This document shows, piece by piece, positions 43,008-52,623 of a stretch of DNA of 64,000 bases. The notes under the pieces were generated by a model. That model did not search any database. It saw only the letters and a list, made by a program, of their open reading frames with translations, and was not told the origin of the DNA. The position numbers and the translations under genes are program-made. The first letter of the stretch is position 1. Each line of letters opens with the position of its first letter. The DNA comes from Alphaproteobacteria bacterium (GTDB lineage: Bacteria > Pseudomonadota > Alphaproteobacteria > SHVV01): NCBI GenBank assembly GCA_965261735.1, contig OZ253470.1:2272001-2336000 (forward strand), written 5' to 3'.

Positions 43008-43887
43008 GCTGGCGCCGGCACGGGCGCTGGCGCTGGTTGGGCTGTTCGCGGGCGCCTTCGGCTTCTCGCTGACGCCGATCTTCGTACGCCTGAGCGAAGT
43101 CGGCCCGATCGCCACCGGCTTTTGGCGCATGCTGTTCGCGCTGCCCATCGTCCTGGCGTGGCTGGCCGTCCAGGCGCGGCGCAGCGAAGCGCCGGCCCGT
43201 GAGGTCTCGGCGCGTGACTATGGGTGGCTGGTCCTGGCCAGCCTGGTCCTCGCGGTAGACCTCATGCTGTGGCAGTCCTCCTTCCACCTGACCTCGATCG
43301 CCAACGCGACCCTGCTCGGCAACTTGCACCCCATCGTCGTGACAGTCGGCGCGTGGATGTTCCTGCGCGAGCGCATCACCGGGTCGTTCCTCTTGGGCAT
43401 GGCGGTGGCGCTGGCGGGTGCGGTCATGCTCGCGCGTGCCGGCGCGACGGAGCTCGAGCCGGTGGCGCGCGGCGACGTCCTTGCGGTGCTCTCGACCACC
43501 CTATTCGCGGTCTTTACCCTGATGCTGAAGCGATTGCGCGGGCGCTTCTCGACGGCCGCCGTGATGACCGGAACCGTCACCGTCTGCTCCATCTCCATGC
43601 TGCCCGCGGCCGTGGTCATCGAGGACGTGCTGCTACCGACGAGCTGGGTCGGCTGGGCGTGGCTGGCGGCCTTTGCGGTGGTCGTCAATCTGGGCGCGCA
43701 GAGTGCGTTCACGTTCGCGTTCGCCCACCTCTCAGCGTCGTTCTCCTCGGTCGGCCTGCTGATTCTGCCGCTGTTTGCTTCGGCGCTCGCCTGGGCGATT
43801 TTCGGCGAGGCCGTCTCCGGCCTACAGGCCATGGCCGGCGCGCTCGTTCTGGCCGGTATCGTCCTCGCCCAGCGCGGGCATCACTGA
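43000..43887 (+). CDS. DMT/EamA-family transporter
   Basis: TPIFVRLSEVGP, TSIANATLL, AIFGE; start codon uncertain (no clear ATG/GTG). Confidence 0.8.
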   Translation: MSRLAPARALALVGLFAGAFGFSLTPIFVRLSEVGPIATGFWRMLFALPIVLAWLAVQARRSEAPAREVSARDYGWLVLASLVLAVDLMLWQSSFHLTSIANATLLGNLHPIVVTVGAWMFLRERITGSFLLGMAVALAGAVMLARAGATELEPVARGDVLAVLSTTLFAVFTLMLKRLRGRFSTAAVMTGTVTVCSISMLPAAVVIEDVLLPTSWVGWAWLAAFAVVVNLGAQSAFTFAFAHLSASFSSVGLLILPLFASALAWAIFGEAVSGLQAMAGALVLAGIVLAQRGHH

Positions 43888-44077
43888 GGGTGCTCCCTGG
43901 CCCGTGGATTTCGTGCCGCGCCGCGCCTATAATGTGCCGGCACAAGAAGCCGTGCCGCCACAACGGCACGTGTACGCGTTGAGTAGAACGGCGGGTGTGG
44001 GGGTCTGGACGCCCGTTCGAATCGTCGCCGCTCCGCGGTGTGTGGAGCCTGGGAATCGCATCCTACGGGAGGACGCT

Positions 44078-45265
44078 ATGAAATTCAGTTTTCGCTTTTT
44101 GACACCGGTGCTGGCGGCGATCGGCCTGGCCCTGGCGAGCGCACCGGCGGCGCTGGCCGCGGAAGCCACGGGCGAGCCGATCCGCATTCCGATGATGGAG
44201 AGCTTCAGCGGCGCCGCCGCCGACTGGGGCGAGGACATGTGGACGGGCGCTGTCGCGGCGCAGAAGATCATCAACATGCGCGGCGGCATCAAGGGACGCC
44301 CCCTCGAGTTCTACAAGGCGGACGCGCCCTACGACGACCTGCCGACAGCGGTCTCCATGTTCAAGAAGCTGGCCCGCGACCCTAACGTCACCATGATCTT
44401 CGATGGCGGTGCCACCAGCGTCATCGCCGCGGTCCACGATCTCACGGGCGATGCGAAGCTTCCTCTGTTCGCGTTCTCGTCCGGTGGGTTCTGGCGTATG
44501 GGCCATTTCAATCCGTGGGTGTTCCGCGCCCTGCCGCAGGCCTATACGGCGCTGCCGGTCCTTCTGCCCAAGGCCAAGAAGAAGTTCGGCATCAAGAAAG
44601 CGGCCCTCATCTATACGCATGACGACGAGGCCGAGGTCGCCAACGCCATCGTGTGGCGTGATCTCGCCAAACAAAACGGCATCGAGATAGTCGAGGTCAC
44701 CAACAAGACCAAGGAGACCGACTTCTCAGCCCAGCTCACCCGCGTGAAGGCGGCCAAGGTCGATGCCTTCTTCGTCGCCCTGCAGGCCTTCGACGGCGGC
44801 ACGATGATGGCCCAGGCCCGCGACATGGGCCTGAAGCAGCCCGTCCTCGGCACTATGGGGTCGAGCAACAAGGACTACTGGAAGATGTCGAAGGGCAAGG
44901 TAGCCGAGGAGCACGGCGGCCCGACGATCCTCTACAGTAACTACGACCCGACCGATCCCAGGCCGTACGTTCAGGACATCAAGAAGATGTACAAGGAGCA
45001 TTACGGCACGGATCCGACGACCTGGGCCGCGCTCACCGCGGACGCGGCGTTCGTCACCGCCCAGATCCTCAACCGGGCCACGGACTTGACCCGCGAGGGC
45101 ATTCGCAAGGCCTTCGCCGAAACCGGGGCGATCGAGTCGCTGAGCGGCGTGATCGGCTGGGACGGCTCGGGCGATGCCATCCGTGACTCGGTCCTGTTCG
45201 TCAAGTGGGTGGACGGCAGGCTGGTTCCGGTGCGCGACGAGTACTGGGACGACACCGGTAGCTAG
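44078..45265 (+). CDS. ABC substrate-binding protein (LivJ/HAAT-like)
   Basis: RBS GGGAGG, signal peptide, GGIKGRPLE, ETDFSAQLT; no permease genes adjacent. Confidence 0.85.
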   Translation: MKFSFRFLTPVLAAIGLALASAPAALAAEATGEPIRIPMMESFSGAAADWGEDMWTGAVAAQKIINMRGGIKGRPLEFYKADAPYDDLPTAVSMFKKLARDPNVTMIFDGGATSVIAAVHDLTGDAKLPLFAFSSGGFWRMGHFNPWVFRALPQAYTALPVLLPKAKKKFGIKKAALIYTHDDEAEVANAIVWRDLAKQNGIEIVEVTNKTKETDFSAQLTRVKAAKVDAFFVALQAFDGGTMMAQARDMGLKQPVLGTMGSSNKDYWKMSKGKVAEEHGGPTILYSNYDPTDPRPYVQDIKKMYKEHYGTDPTTWAALTADAAFVTAQILNRATDLTREGIRKAFAETGAIESLSGVIGWDGSGDAIRDSVLFVKWVDGRLVPVRDEYWDDTGS

Positions 45266-45292
45266 TGTACTTGCTTGGGTTAAGTCTGCGTG

Positions 45293-45395
45293 TCACCCCC
45301 TCCCAACCCTCCCCCATCAACAAGGGGAGGGCCAAGAGTCGGACCTCGCGCCGTAACTCCCCCTCCCCGTGGTGGGAGGGGGTAGGGAGAGGGGG
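45293..45395. repeat. REP-like inverted doublet, copy C (reverse orientation)
   Basis: Close reverse complement of copy A including flank GTCTGCGTGTCA; 27-bp spacer 45332-45358; loop ATCAACAA as at 54777. Confidence 0.9.
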
Positions 45396-45525
45396 TGGCT
45401 AAGGAGTGTCACGCTCCTTGGCAACCAAGGACGAGGACGCGGGCTTGGATTGAACGGCCCCCGGCGGCGCGCGCTTTTATTGAGGCGCGCCGCCGGGGGC
45501 GGCTGCCTTGCGGGAGGGTGCGCCC

Positions 45526-46575
45526 GTGACCACGAACGCGAACGACGTCGATCTCACCAAAATCCCCGGCTACGAGCCGGACAAGCCGCCCCGGCGCCTC
45601 GACGAGGCCACCTGGTACGACGAACTCGAGGCCATGTGGGGGCGCAAATGGGGCGCCTGCTCGACCATCGGCAAGCTCCGCACGGCCATGGTCACCCGGC
45701 CCACCGACGCCTACATCGAGACGGTGATCGGCCATTTCGGCTCCGATGCGCGCGCCCTCAACCTCGGCAGCAACGCGCGAACACCCGACGCGGAAAAGCT
45801 CAAGCACGACCACGACACTTACGTCCAGCTCCTACAGAGCAACGGCGTCGAGGTCCTCTACGCCGACCTGCCGGAGCCCATGTTCGGCATCTACACCCGC
45901 ATCCGCTCCCACATCGCGCCCGAGCCGACCGTCATCCGCGGCGGCGCCATCATGGCGCGCACCGCGATCGCCGTGAAACGCGGCATGGAGCCCCATTGGC
46001 AGAAGGTCTTCGCCGACCTCAAGATCCCCATCCTGGCGACGATCCACGGCGCCGGCATCTATGAGGGCCGGATCGACTGGCTCGATCCCCATCACGCCTG
46101 TCTCGGCTACGGCGTACGCGCCAACTGGGAGGGCATCCAGCAGATGGAATACGTGCTCCGGCTCAGCGGGGTCGAGGACGTGCACGTCGTCCACCTGCCG
46201 GCGTACCTCGAATCGCGGCGCTACTCGCACGGCCCGGTGCATCTGTGCAACGTCTTCTGTCTCGTCGACCGCAAGGTCGCGCTCGTCTATCCGCAGAGCC
46301 TGCCCTACGAGTTCCTCGAGTACCTGCGCGGCTTCGGCATCGAGTTGATCGAGATTCCGGAGGACGAGATGGAGTTCATGCCCGGCAACTCGCTGCCGCT
46401 CGAGGCCGGCCGGCTCGTCATCCCCAAGGGCTCGCCGCGCACGGTCGATAAGCTCACCGCCGCGGGCGTCGAGTGCATCGAGGTCGATTTCGAGCAATTC
46501 ACCAACGTCGGCGGCGGCCCGACCTGCCTCACGCTGGCGCTCATCCGCGACGACGGACCCCTGCTCGACGCCTAG
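45526..46575 (+). CDS. Amidinotransferase / DDAH / arginine-deiminase superfamily enzyme
   Basis: IGKLRTAMV.RP, YEG, VHLCNVF, GGGPTCLT catalytic Cys. Confidence 0.8.
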   Translation: MTTNANDVDLTKIPGYEPDKPPRRLDEATWYDELEAMWGRKWGACSTIGKLRTAMVTRPTDAYIETVIGHFGSDARALNLGSNARTPDAEKLKHDHDTYVQLLQSNGVEVLYADLPEPMFGIYTRIRSHIAPEPTVIRGGAIMARTAIAVKRGMEPHWQKVFADLKIPILATIHGAGIYEGRIDWLDPHHACLGYGVRANWEGIQQMEYVLRLSGVEDVHVVHLPAYLESRRYSHGPVHLCNVFCLVDRKVALVYPQSLPYEFLEYLRGFGIELIEIPEDEMEFMPGNSLPLEAGRLVIPKGSPRTVDKLTAAGVECIEVDFEQFTNVGGGPTCLTLALIRDDGPLLDA

Positions 46576-46583
46576 CGGCTGCC

Positions 46584-47189
46584 TCAGTTCGCGCCTTCCT
46601 CCGCCAGCGCCTTGTCCAAAAGGCTGCGGCCTTCGGGCGTGAGCTCAAGGGTGCGCGCCGCCGCGTGGCCGGCGGGTGACATCTTGGCCCAGGTCTTGCG
46701 CAGGATGCCGATCACCTTGACCTTGTCGTGCTGGCGCGCGAAGTCCGCGAACGTGCTCTCGAGGAAGACGAGACAGATCACGTCCTCGAGGAGCTGCGCT
46801 TCCGGGTCGCGCTTGAGCCCCTGCTTGCGCACGAGCGACGCGACCCGCGCCGCCGTCGCCTCGTCGTAGCCGGCCTCGCGCACGATGGCCGCGGCGGTTT
46901 CGGCGTGGAAGCGGGCGAGGGTGGTACGCCAGCGTAGGTAGCCGTCGCGGCCGGCCGGGAAGTCGCTCCGCGGCATGGTCCAGCGCCTGATGTGCTGGGC
47001 GCGGGCGGCGAGGCGTAGCGCTTCGGAGGCGTCCGGCGCCAGGCGCGCGAGCCAGGCCGTCATGCGCTCGGCGTAGAGCTGCTCGCGCGGGGCGATCCTG
47101 GCGGCGAAGGTCTCGCTGCGGGGATCGTCGGCGTTGGCCGCGTCGATCGCGGCGATGGCCGCGCGAAAGCGTTCGTCGGGGCTGGCCAT
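46584..47189 (-). CDS. DUF4202 protein
   Basis: IDAANADDP, AARAQHIRRW, LEDVICLVFL, KTWAKMS. Confidence 0.85.
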   Translation of the reverse strand: MASPDERFRAAIAAIDAANADDPRSETFAARIAPREQLYAERMTAWLARLAPDASEALRLAARAQHIRRWTMPRSDFPAGRDGYLRWRTTLARFHAETAAAIVREAGYDEATAARVASLVRKQGLKRDPEAQLLEDVICLVFLESTFADFARQHDKVKVIGILRKTWAKMSPAGHAAARTLELTPEGRSLLDKALAEEGAN

Positions 47190-47286
47190 GGCGCCGGAAG
47201 TATAGCCGAACCCATCGTCCACGCGGCTTCCCGCGGACGCATCCGGTTTGTATCCTGATGCGATCAGCACAAGGGGGTGAGACGTC

Positions 47287-48144
47287 ATGATCCTGGTAAC
47301 CGGAGCGACGGGTACGACCGGCGGCGAAGTGGCTCGGCAGCTCGCGGCGAAGGGCGCACCGCTACGCGCCCTGGTGCGTAATCCCGCCAAGGCCGATGGA
47401 TTGAAGCAGTTGGGGGTGGAGATCGCGGTCGGTGACATGACCGACCCCGCGAGCCTCGATCCAGCGCTCGCCGGGATCGAGCGCGTCTATTTGGTGACGC
47501 CGCCCGAGGCCGACCTGGTCGCGCTTCATGCCAACGTCGTCGACGCCGCGGTGCGCGCCGGCGCACGCCACGTGGTCAAGATCTCGTCCTTCTTCACCAG
47601 CGCGACGACGCCGGTGGTCTACGCCCGCCAGCACTGGCAGGCGGAAGAGACGATCAGGGGCTCGGGCCTCGGCTATACCTTCCTGCACCCGTCGTTCTTC
47701 ATGCAGAACTTCCTCTTTTTCGCACCCGCGATAAAGAAGGACGGGGTCTTCGCGGTGCCAATGAGCGAGGGCCGGGTCAGCATGATCGATGCCCGCGACA
47801 TCGCCGCAGTCGCCGCCGCGGCATTGACCGAGGACGCACACCTCGGCAAGACCTACGTCATTACCGGGCCGCAAGCCCTGACTTTTGGCGACGCTGCCGG
47901 GCTGCTCGGCGAGGCCATCGGCAAGCCGGTGAGCCATGACAACATCACCCCGGAAGCCGAGCGCGCCGCGCTGATCGCCGCCGGCGATACGGCCGAGCAC
48001 GCCGACGACCTCCTCGCCGTCTACGAGGCTTTCGATAACGGGGCCGGCCTCGCCGTCGAGCCGACGGTGCGCGACATCGGCAAGACCGAGCCCCACACCT
48101 TCGCCGACTTCGCCCGCGACTACGCGCACCGCTTCAAGGACTGA
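47287..48144 (+). CDS. NmrA-like atypical SDR oxidoreductase
   Basis: ILVTGATGTTG, FMQN, IDARDIA, ITGPQAL. Confidence 0.9.
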   Translation: MILVTGATGTTGGEVARQLAAKGAPLRALVRNPAKADGLKQLGVEIAVGDMTDPASLDPALAGIERVYLVTPPEADLVALHANVVDAAVRAGARHVVKISSFFTSATTPVVYARQHWQAEETIRGSGLGYTFLHPSFFMQNFLFFAPAIKKDGVFAVPMSEGRVSMIDARDIAAVAAAALTEDAHLGKTYVITGPQALTFGDAAGLLGEAIGKPVSHDNITPEAERAALIAAGDTAEHADDLLAVYEAFDNGAGLAVEPTVRDIGKTEPHTFADFARDYAHRFKD

Positions 48145-48251
48145 GCGCGGCGCCCGGCGCTCGGCGCCCTCACGCGATCGTGCGCCCTATTTGATGGGCG
48201 CACCGGCGCCCGCCGGCCCATCTCTCGTCATGGGGACGGAGGGATGGGACG

Positions 48252-48521
48252 ATGCATGTTCGCAAGAAGAGGCGCGCGGGACCGGCGATCCTATTCGTAG
48301 CCCTGGCCGCGTTGGCGCTCGCTGGATGCCAAAGCAGCTACGCGGCGCGGTCCTCACTCGTCGTCGGAGGGATCGAAAGCGCCCGGCCGTATAGCGTCAA
48401 CCCCAGCCACGGCACCCGTTATGGCTATGGCCCGCGCTACGGCTACGGATATTCGCGCGGCACGCGTCACCATTTCGGATCGCCCCGCCGGCGCCACTGG
48501 CGCCGCGTTCACCGCTATTAG
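48252..48521 (+). CDS. Small putative lipoprotein with Tyr/Gly/His/Arg-rich tail
   Basis: Basic N-terminus, hydrophobic core, LAGC lipobox; RYGYG twice. Confidence 0.55.
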   Translation: MHVRKKRRAGPAILFVALAALALAGCQSSYAARSSLVVGGIESARPYSVNPSHGTRYGYGPRYGYGYSRGTRHHFGSPRRRHWRRVHRY

Positions 48522-48554
48522 TCAACCGCGGACCGAGAGGCCTACGGCGCGCGC

Positions 48555-49562
48555 CTAGACCAGATAGGGCCGGAGCTCGGGCTCGGCACTCGCGACCGCC
48601 GCGAGGTCAGGGGAGCGCGGGACGTAGAACTCGCAGCGCAGCCCGTCGGGGTCGCGGATGAAGAAGCTCCGTTTCGCCGCGTTGTCGATGCGCTTTTCGA
48701 CATCGATCCCGGCCTTCTCGACCGCGGCTTCCGCGGCCCCCGATTCGGCCTCGTTTGCCACCTGATAGCTGTAGTGGTGAACGCTAGGTTGCGTGTCCGG
48801 CGCCTGGCGGAACAGCGCCAGATCGAACGCGTACCCCGAATGCGTACCCGCCAGGCACACGAAGTCGCCGGCGGGCGATTCGTAAGCCGTGTCGAGCCCG
48901 CCGACCTCGCGGTGGAAGGCGAGCATGTCGTCGTAGCGGCGCGTCATCAGCACGCCATGGGTGAAGCGCGAGGGGTGGATCAGAGCTTCGTCGACGCGCC
49001 GAATCTCGGGGTCGACGGGGTAGCCCTGATGGGTGAGTGCGGGCGCCGCGTGCGGGTCCCAACGGCCCGAGATGAGTTGGCCGGCGTTGTCGTCGAAGAA
49101 CGAGCGCCAATCCTTGAGCACGTCCGAGTAGTACTCCTGCATGAAGCCGTCGGGGTCGAACAGGTAGATGCTGTGGGTCGCCTGATGGTCGATGAGGCCG
49201 CGCATCTCCACATCTGTGGCAACCGCCCGGTCGTAGGCCGCGATCAGTAGCCCATCGGTTTCCATTTCCCAGCCGAAGTGGTTGAGCCCGGGCTGCGTCG
49301 CGCGCCCGCTCGACAGGGTCTTGTGGCCGTCGCGCCCCCTCAGCTCCTTGTCCGTGCACTCCACGAGGCCGAGGTCGTGGTGGGTGTTGCCGTTAGAGAG
49401 GAAGCCGGCGCTGATCCCGGGCTCACTGAAGACCTCCTCGAAGCCCGCCACCTTGTTGTAGAAGTGCATCGAGCGCTCGAGATTGCCGACGAACAGGTTG
49501 GCGTGGCCGACCCGGCGCGGCGAGAACATCGCGGCCGGTGCGTCTTGCGTTTGCGCGGTCAT
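48555..49562 (-). CDS. Two-domain VOC protein (extradiol dioxygenase-like)
   Basis: RRVGHANL, GNTHHDLGL, GLNHFGWE, DPDG..E in both halves. Confidence 0.85.
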   Translation of the reverse strand: MTAQTQDAPAAMFSPRRVGHANLFVGNLERSMHFYNKVAGFEEVFSEPGISAGFLSNGNTHHDLGLVECTDKELRGRDGHKTLSSGRATQPGLNHFGWEMETDGLLIAAYDRAVATDVEMRGLIDHQATHSIYLFDPDGFMQEYYSDVLKDWRSFFDDNAGQLISGRWDPHAAPALTHQGYPVDPEIRRVDEALIHPSRFTHGVLMTRRYDDMLAFHREVGGLDTAYESPAGDFVCLAGTHSGYAFDLALFRQAPDTQPSVHHYSYQVANEAESGAAEAAVEKAGIDVEKRIDNAAKRSFFIRDPDGLRCEFYVPRSPDLAAVASAEPELRPYLV

Positions 49563-49585
49563 GAACCTATCTCCTTGGCCCGGCG

Positions 49586-50590
49586 TTAGAGCAGGAAGGG
49601 CCGGTCCACCGTGGCGGCCCCATCGATGGCGCTGAAGTCGGGCGTGCCGGCGACGTAGAACTCGCAGCGCAGCCCGTCCGGGTCGTTGATGAACAGGCTG
49701 CGCTTGACCGCCGTGTCGATGCGCCGCTCGATGGGGATCTCCGCCTTGGCTAGTGCCGCGACCGCCTCCTCGAGCTCGGAAGTGCCCGCCAGCCTGTAAC
49801 TATAGTGGTGGACATCGGCTGCCTGCCCGGGCTCTTGCGCGACCAGCGCCACATCAAAGGCATAGCCGGCGTGGCTGCCCGCGAGGCAAACGACGGCGCC
49901 GTCGGACGAGCGGTACACCGTTGTGAGGCCGGCGACGTCGCGGTAGAAATCGATCATCGCCTCGTGGCTCGCGGTCGACAGGACGGCGTGGGTGAACTTC
50001 TCGGGATGGATGAGGGCGTCTGGCACGCGCCGGATTTCCGGGTCGACCGGATAGTTCGCCTCGGTCAGGGGCGGCTCGGCGTCGATGTCCCAGGTCGTGC
50101 TGAAACCCTTCTCGACGTGGCCCTTGAACACGCTACGCCAGTCCTTGAACCGGTCGCCATAGAACTCGTGCAGGTGGCCGTCGGGGTCGAACAGGTAGAT
50201 GCCGCGCGAGATGTAGTGGTCGATCACGGACCGGATGGCGACTCCGCTGGCCTCGGCGCGCCGGTAGCCCTCGGCCGCGGCGAGCTCGTTTTCCAACTCC
50301 CATCCGAAATGGTTGAGGCCCGGCTGCGTCGCACGCCCCTGCGAGGGGATCGGTTTGCCGTCATTGCCGAGCAGGTCTTCTTTGGTGACCTTCACCAGGC
50401 CGAGGTCGTGGTGGGTGTTGCCGTTGGTGTGAAAGCCGGCGCGATCACCGACGCGGCGAATGGCCTCGAAACCCGCCACGTTGCTGTAGAAATCCATCGA
50501 GCGGTCGAGATCGCCGACGAAGAGGTTGGCGTGACCGAGCCGGCGCGGCGCGAACGCAGCGGCGGTCGATTCCTTCGCTTGAAGGGACAT
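49586..50590 (-). CDS. Two-domain VOC protein, tandem paralogue
   Basis: Same motifs as 48555-49562. Confidence 0.85.
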   Translation of the reverse strand: MSLQAKESTAAAFAPRRLGHANLFVGDLDRSMDFYSNVAGFEAIRRVGDRAGFHTNGNTHHDLGLVKVTKEDLLGNDGKPIPSQGRATQPGLNHFGWELENELAAAEGYRRAEASGVAIRSVIDHYISRGIYLFDPDGHLHEFYGDRFKDWRSVFKGHVEKGFSTTWDIDAEPPLTEANYPVDPEIRRVPDALIHPEKFTHAVLSTASHEAMIDFYRDVAGLTTVYRSSDGAVVCLAGSHAGYAFDVALVAQEPGQAADVHHYSYRLAGTSELEEAVAALAKAEIPIERRIDTAVKRSLFINDPDGLRCEFYVAGTPDFSAIDGAATVDRPFLL

Positions 50591-50691
50591 GGTTTTGCCT
50601 CGTCTGATGCCATCGTGACGGCGCGCGGCCGGCTGGTGGCCACTCTAGCACGGTCCTCTCGTGACCGCCTATCCCAGGCGCGCTAGCGCTC

Positions 50692-51207
50692 TCAGTTGCG
50701 CCGGCTGATGCGGGCCTCGAGCGCGCGCAGGTAGGCGCGGTCCGATTCGTCGAACTCGCCGTCGGCCAGGTCATCCTTGTAGCCCTCGAGCTCCTCCCGC
50801 GTCGCCTCGGCGATGTCGTCGCGCGCGAGCAGGCGCTCGATCGCGGCGAACACACCGGCGTCGCCTGGCGCCACGGGCGCGGGCTTGTCCTCGTCGGCGT
50901 CCGGCTCGTCCTCGTCGGCGTCCGGTTCGTCCTCGGCATCGTCCTCGTCGGTGTCCGGCTCGTCCTCGGTATCGTCCTTCTCGGCGTCCGGCTCGTCCTC
51001 GTCCTCGCCTTCGTCGGCGTCCGGCTCATCCTCGTTGGCGGGCGGCTCGCCCTCGTCTTCGCCGACCAGCAGCTCGTCCCACGACAGCCCGGCGGCGGTT
51101 AACGCGGCGTGGATTTCGCGCGCCGCGGCCAGGGCGTCCTCGTCGCTCTCGCTGCCGAGTCGCTCCAGCCGGCGCATCATCTCGTCTCTGTCGAGTCCCT
51201 CGCTCAT
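50692..51207 (-). CDS. Hypothetical protein with acidic repeat linker
   Basis: Two short helical-looking domains joined by repeated EDEPD(A/T). Confidence 0.7.
   Translation of the reverse strand: MSEGLDRDEMMRRLERLGSESDEDALAAAREIHAALTAAGLSWDELLVGEDEGEPPANEDEPDADEGEDEDEPDAEKDDTEDEPDTDEDDAEDEPDADEDEPDADEDKPAPVAPGDAGVFAAIERLLARDDIAEATREELEGYKDDLADGEFDESDRAYLRALEARISRRN
50888..51035. repeat. Intragenic imperfect tandem repeats encoding EDEPDAD
   Basis: GTCCGG(C/T)TC(G/A)TCCTC recurs five times with 21-33 bp spacing. Confidence 0.8.
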
Positions 51208-51309
51208 GCCCGCCCCACCTTGCCGTGTGCGCCAAGCTTACTGTAGTGGCGGCGCCACCGCTACCGGGGCGCCACCACACTCGGCCCGGGACGGGCAAGG
51301 GGATGCGAG

Positions 51310-51822
51310 CTACGCGTGGCGCGACCGGGTCGTGCGCTGTCCGCTGATCCTGGGCCACACGAAGTGGTCGAGCGAGAGCGGCCCTGGTCCGCGAACGGCA
51401 ATGACGATCAGTAGGATCATCCAGTAATAGTGCGCGATGTTGTCGAAGGCGGGGTTGGCCGCACCGAGCGCGAACTGGATAACGAGCGCCATGGCCAGTA
51501 GCGGCAGGGCGGCGAGCCGGGTCGTGAAGCCGGCGACGAGCAGGACCGGCATCGCGAGCTCGAACGCGGTGGCGAACCCGGCGGCCAGCACCGGCGGCAG
51601 CACAGGCACCTGATACTCGAACTCGAACAGGAACACGGTGTTTTCCCAGCTGGCGATCTTGGTCAGTCCGGAGCTGAAGAACACCTGCGCCATCCACAGC
51701 CGCAGACCGAGGGCGAGGACGGGCTCGATCCACTTGTGCGCGAGCGCGCGCGCCGTTGCGAGCGCGGCCACCACGACGGCCGGCGCGGATGAGGAAATCA
51801 TGGGGGCGGGAGCGGTCGTCAT
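51310..51822 (-). CDS. DoxX-family membrane protein (BufD-like)
   Basis: VFFSSGLTK, LFEFEYQVP, TRLAALPLL, GPGPLSLD. Confidence 0.9.
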   Translation of the reverse strand: MTTAPAPMISSSAPAVVVAALATARALAHKWIEPVLALGLRLWMAQVFFSSGLTKIASWENTVFLFEFEYQVPVLPPVLAAGFATAFELAMPVLLVAGFTTRLAALPLLAMALVIQFALGAANPAFDNIAHYYWMILLIVIAVRGPGPLSLDHFVWPRISGQRTTRSRHA

Positions 51823-51840
51823 GGGAGGTTCTCCTTCGAA

Positions 51841-52623
51841 TCAGTCGCCGCTGAAGGCACGGAAGGTGCCGTGGGTGAGGTGGTGGAGGAGCGATCCCAG
51901 GAGATCGAAATCGGGGGTCGAGCGCTGCGCGGCCTGCGCCGCCCGCTCGAGCGTGACGCCGGCGGTCAGCGCCAGGAGGAAGGTGAAATCGCCGTTCGCT
52001 AGGCTCTCGTGCCGGACGTGGGCCTGGGGACGAATGACGAGGATTCGCATCGCCGCGCCGGAGGGCTCGATCGCCGGGTCCGGCACCTCACTTCCCTGAT
52101 GCGCCTGCCAAATCCCGTCGACGGCAAAGCGCGAGGCGATGAATGCCGCGGAGGGGTGGAGCTCGAACTTGAGCGCGGCGTAGCTCGCGGGCGGGACGTC
52201 GCGTAGATGCCAGGCCGTGAGGGGTTCGGCGTCGGCGGCGAAGTAGGCGACATTGTGGGCCCATTCGAGGCGTGCGAGGTCAGCGAGAAAGGGCGTGCTG
52301 CGGGCCGGCTCGAAGGCGTCGAGGAAGTCGGCAAAGCGGTCCCCGTAGGCCGAGAGCTGCGGCCTGCGCGGCGGATGAGCGCGGACGTACCGGTATGCGG
52401 CAACGCGGAAATTGGCCGCGCCGACGACTTTGGAGAGCACCGGATAGGCGGCGCCGAGGACCGAGATGAGCGAAGCGAGCGTATTGTTGCGGTAGATCGC
52501 GAGGCGCTCGCCGGCCGCGACGGAGCCGTCGGCGACCAGATCGGTCAGTAAGGCGCCATCCGCGGCCATGCCGTCCGTCTCGAAGGCGGCGCACCGAAAG
52601 GCCTCCTGCAGCTCATGCAGCAT
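51841..52623 (-). CDS. DUF2063 protein (BufC/HvfC-like MNIO partner)
   Basis: RLAIYRNN, YGDRFADFL, LADLARLEWA, LHPS. Confidence 0.85.
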   Translation of the reverse strand: MLHELQEAFRCAAFETDGMAADGALLTDLVADGSVAAGERLAIYRNNTLASLISVLGAAYPVLSKVVGAANFRVAAYRYVRAHPPRRPQLSAYGDRFADFLDAFEPARSTPFLADLARLEWAHNVAYFAADAEPLTAWHLRDVPPASYAALKFELHPSAAFIASRFAVDGIWQAHQGSEVPDPAIEPSGAAMRILVIRPQAHVRHESLANGDFTFLLALTAGVTLERAAQAAQRSTPDFDLLGSLLHHLTHGTFRAFSGD

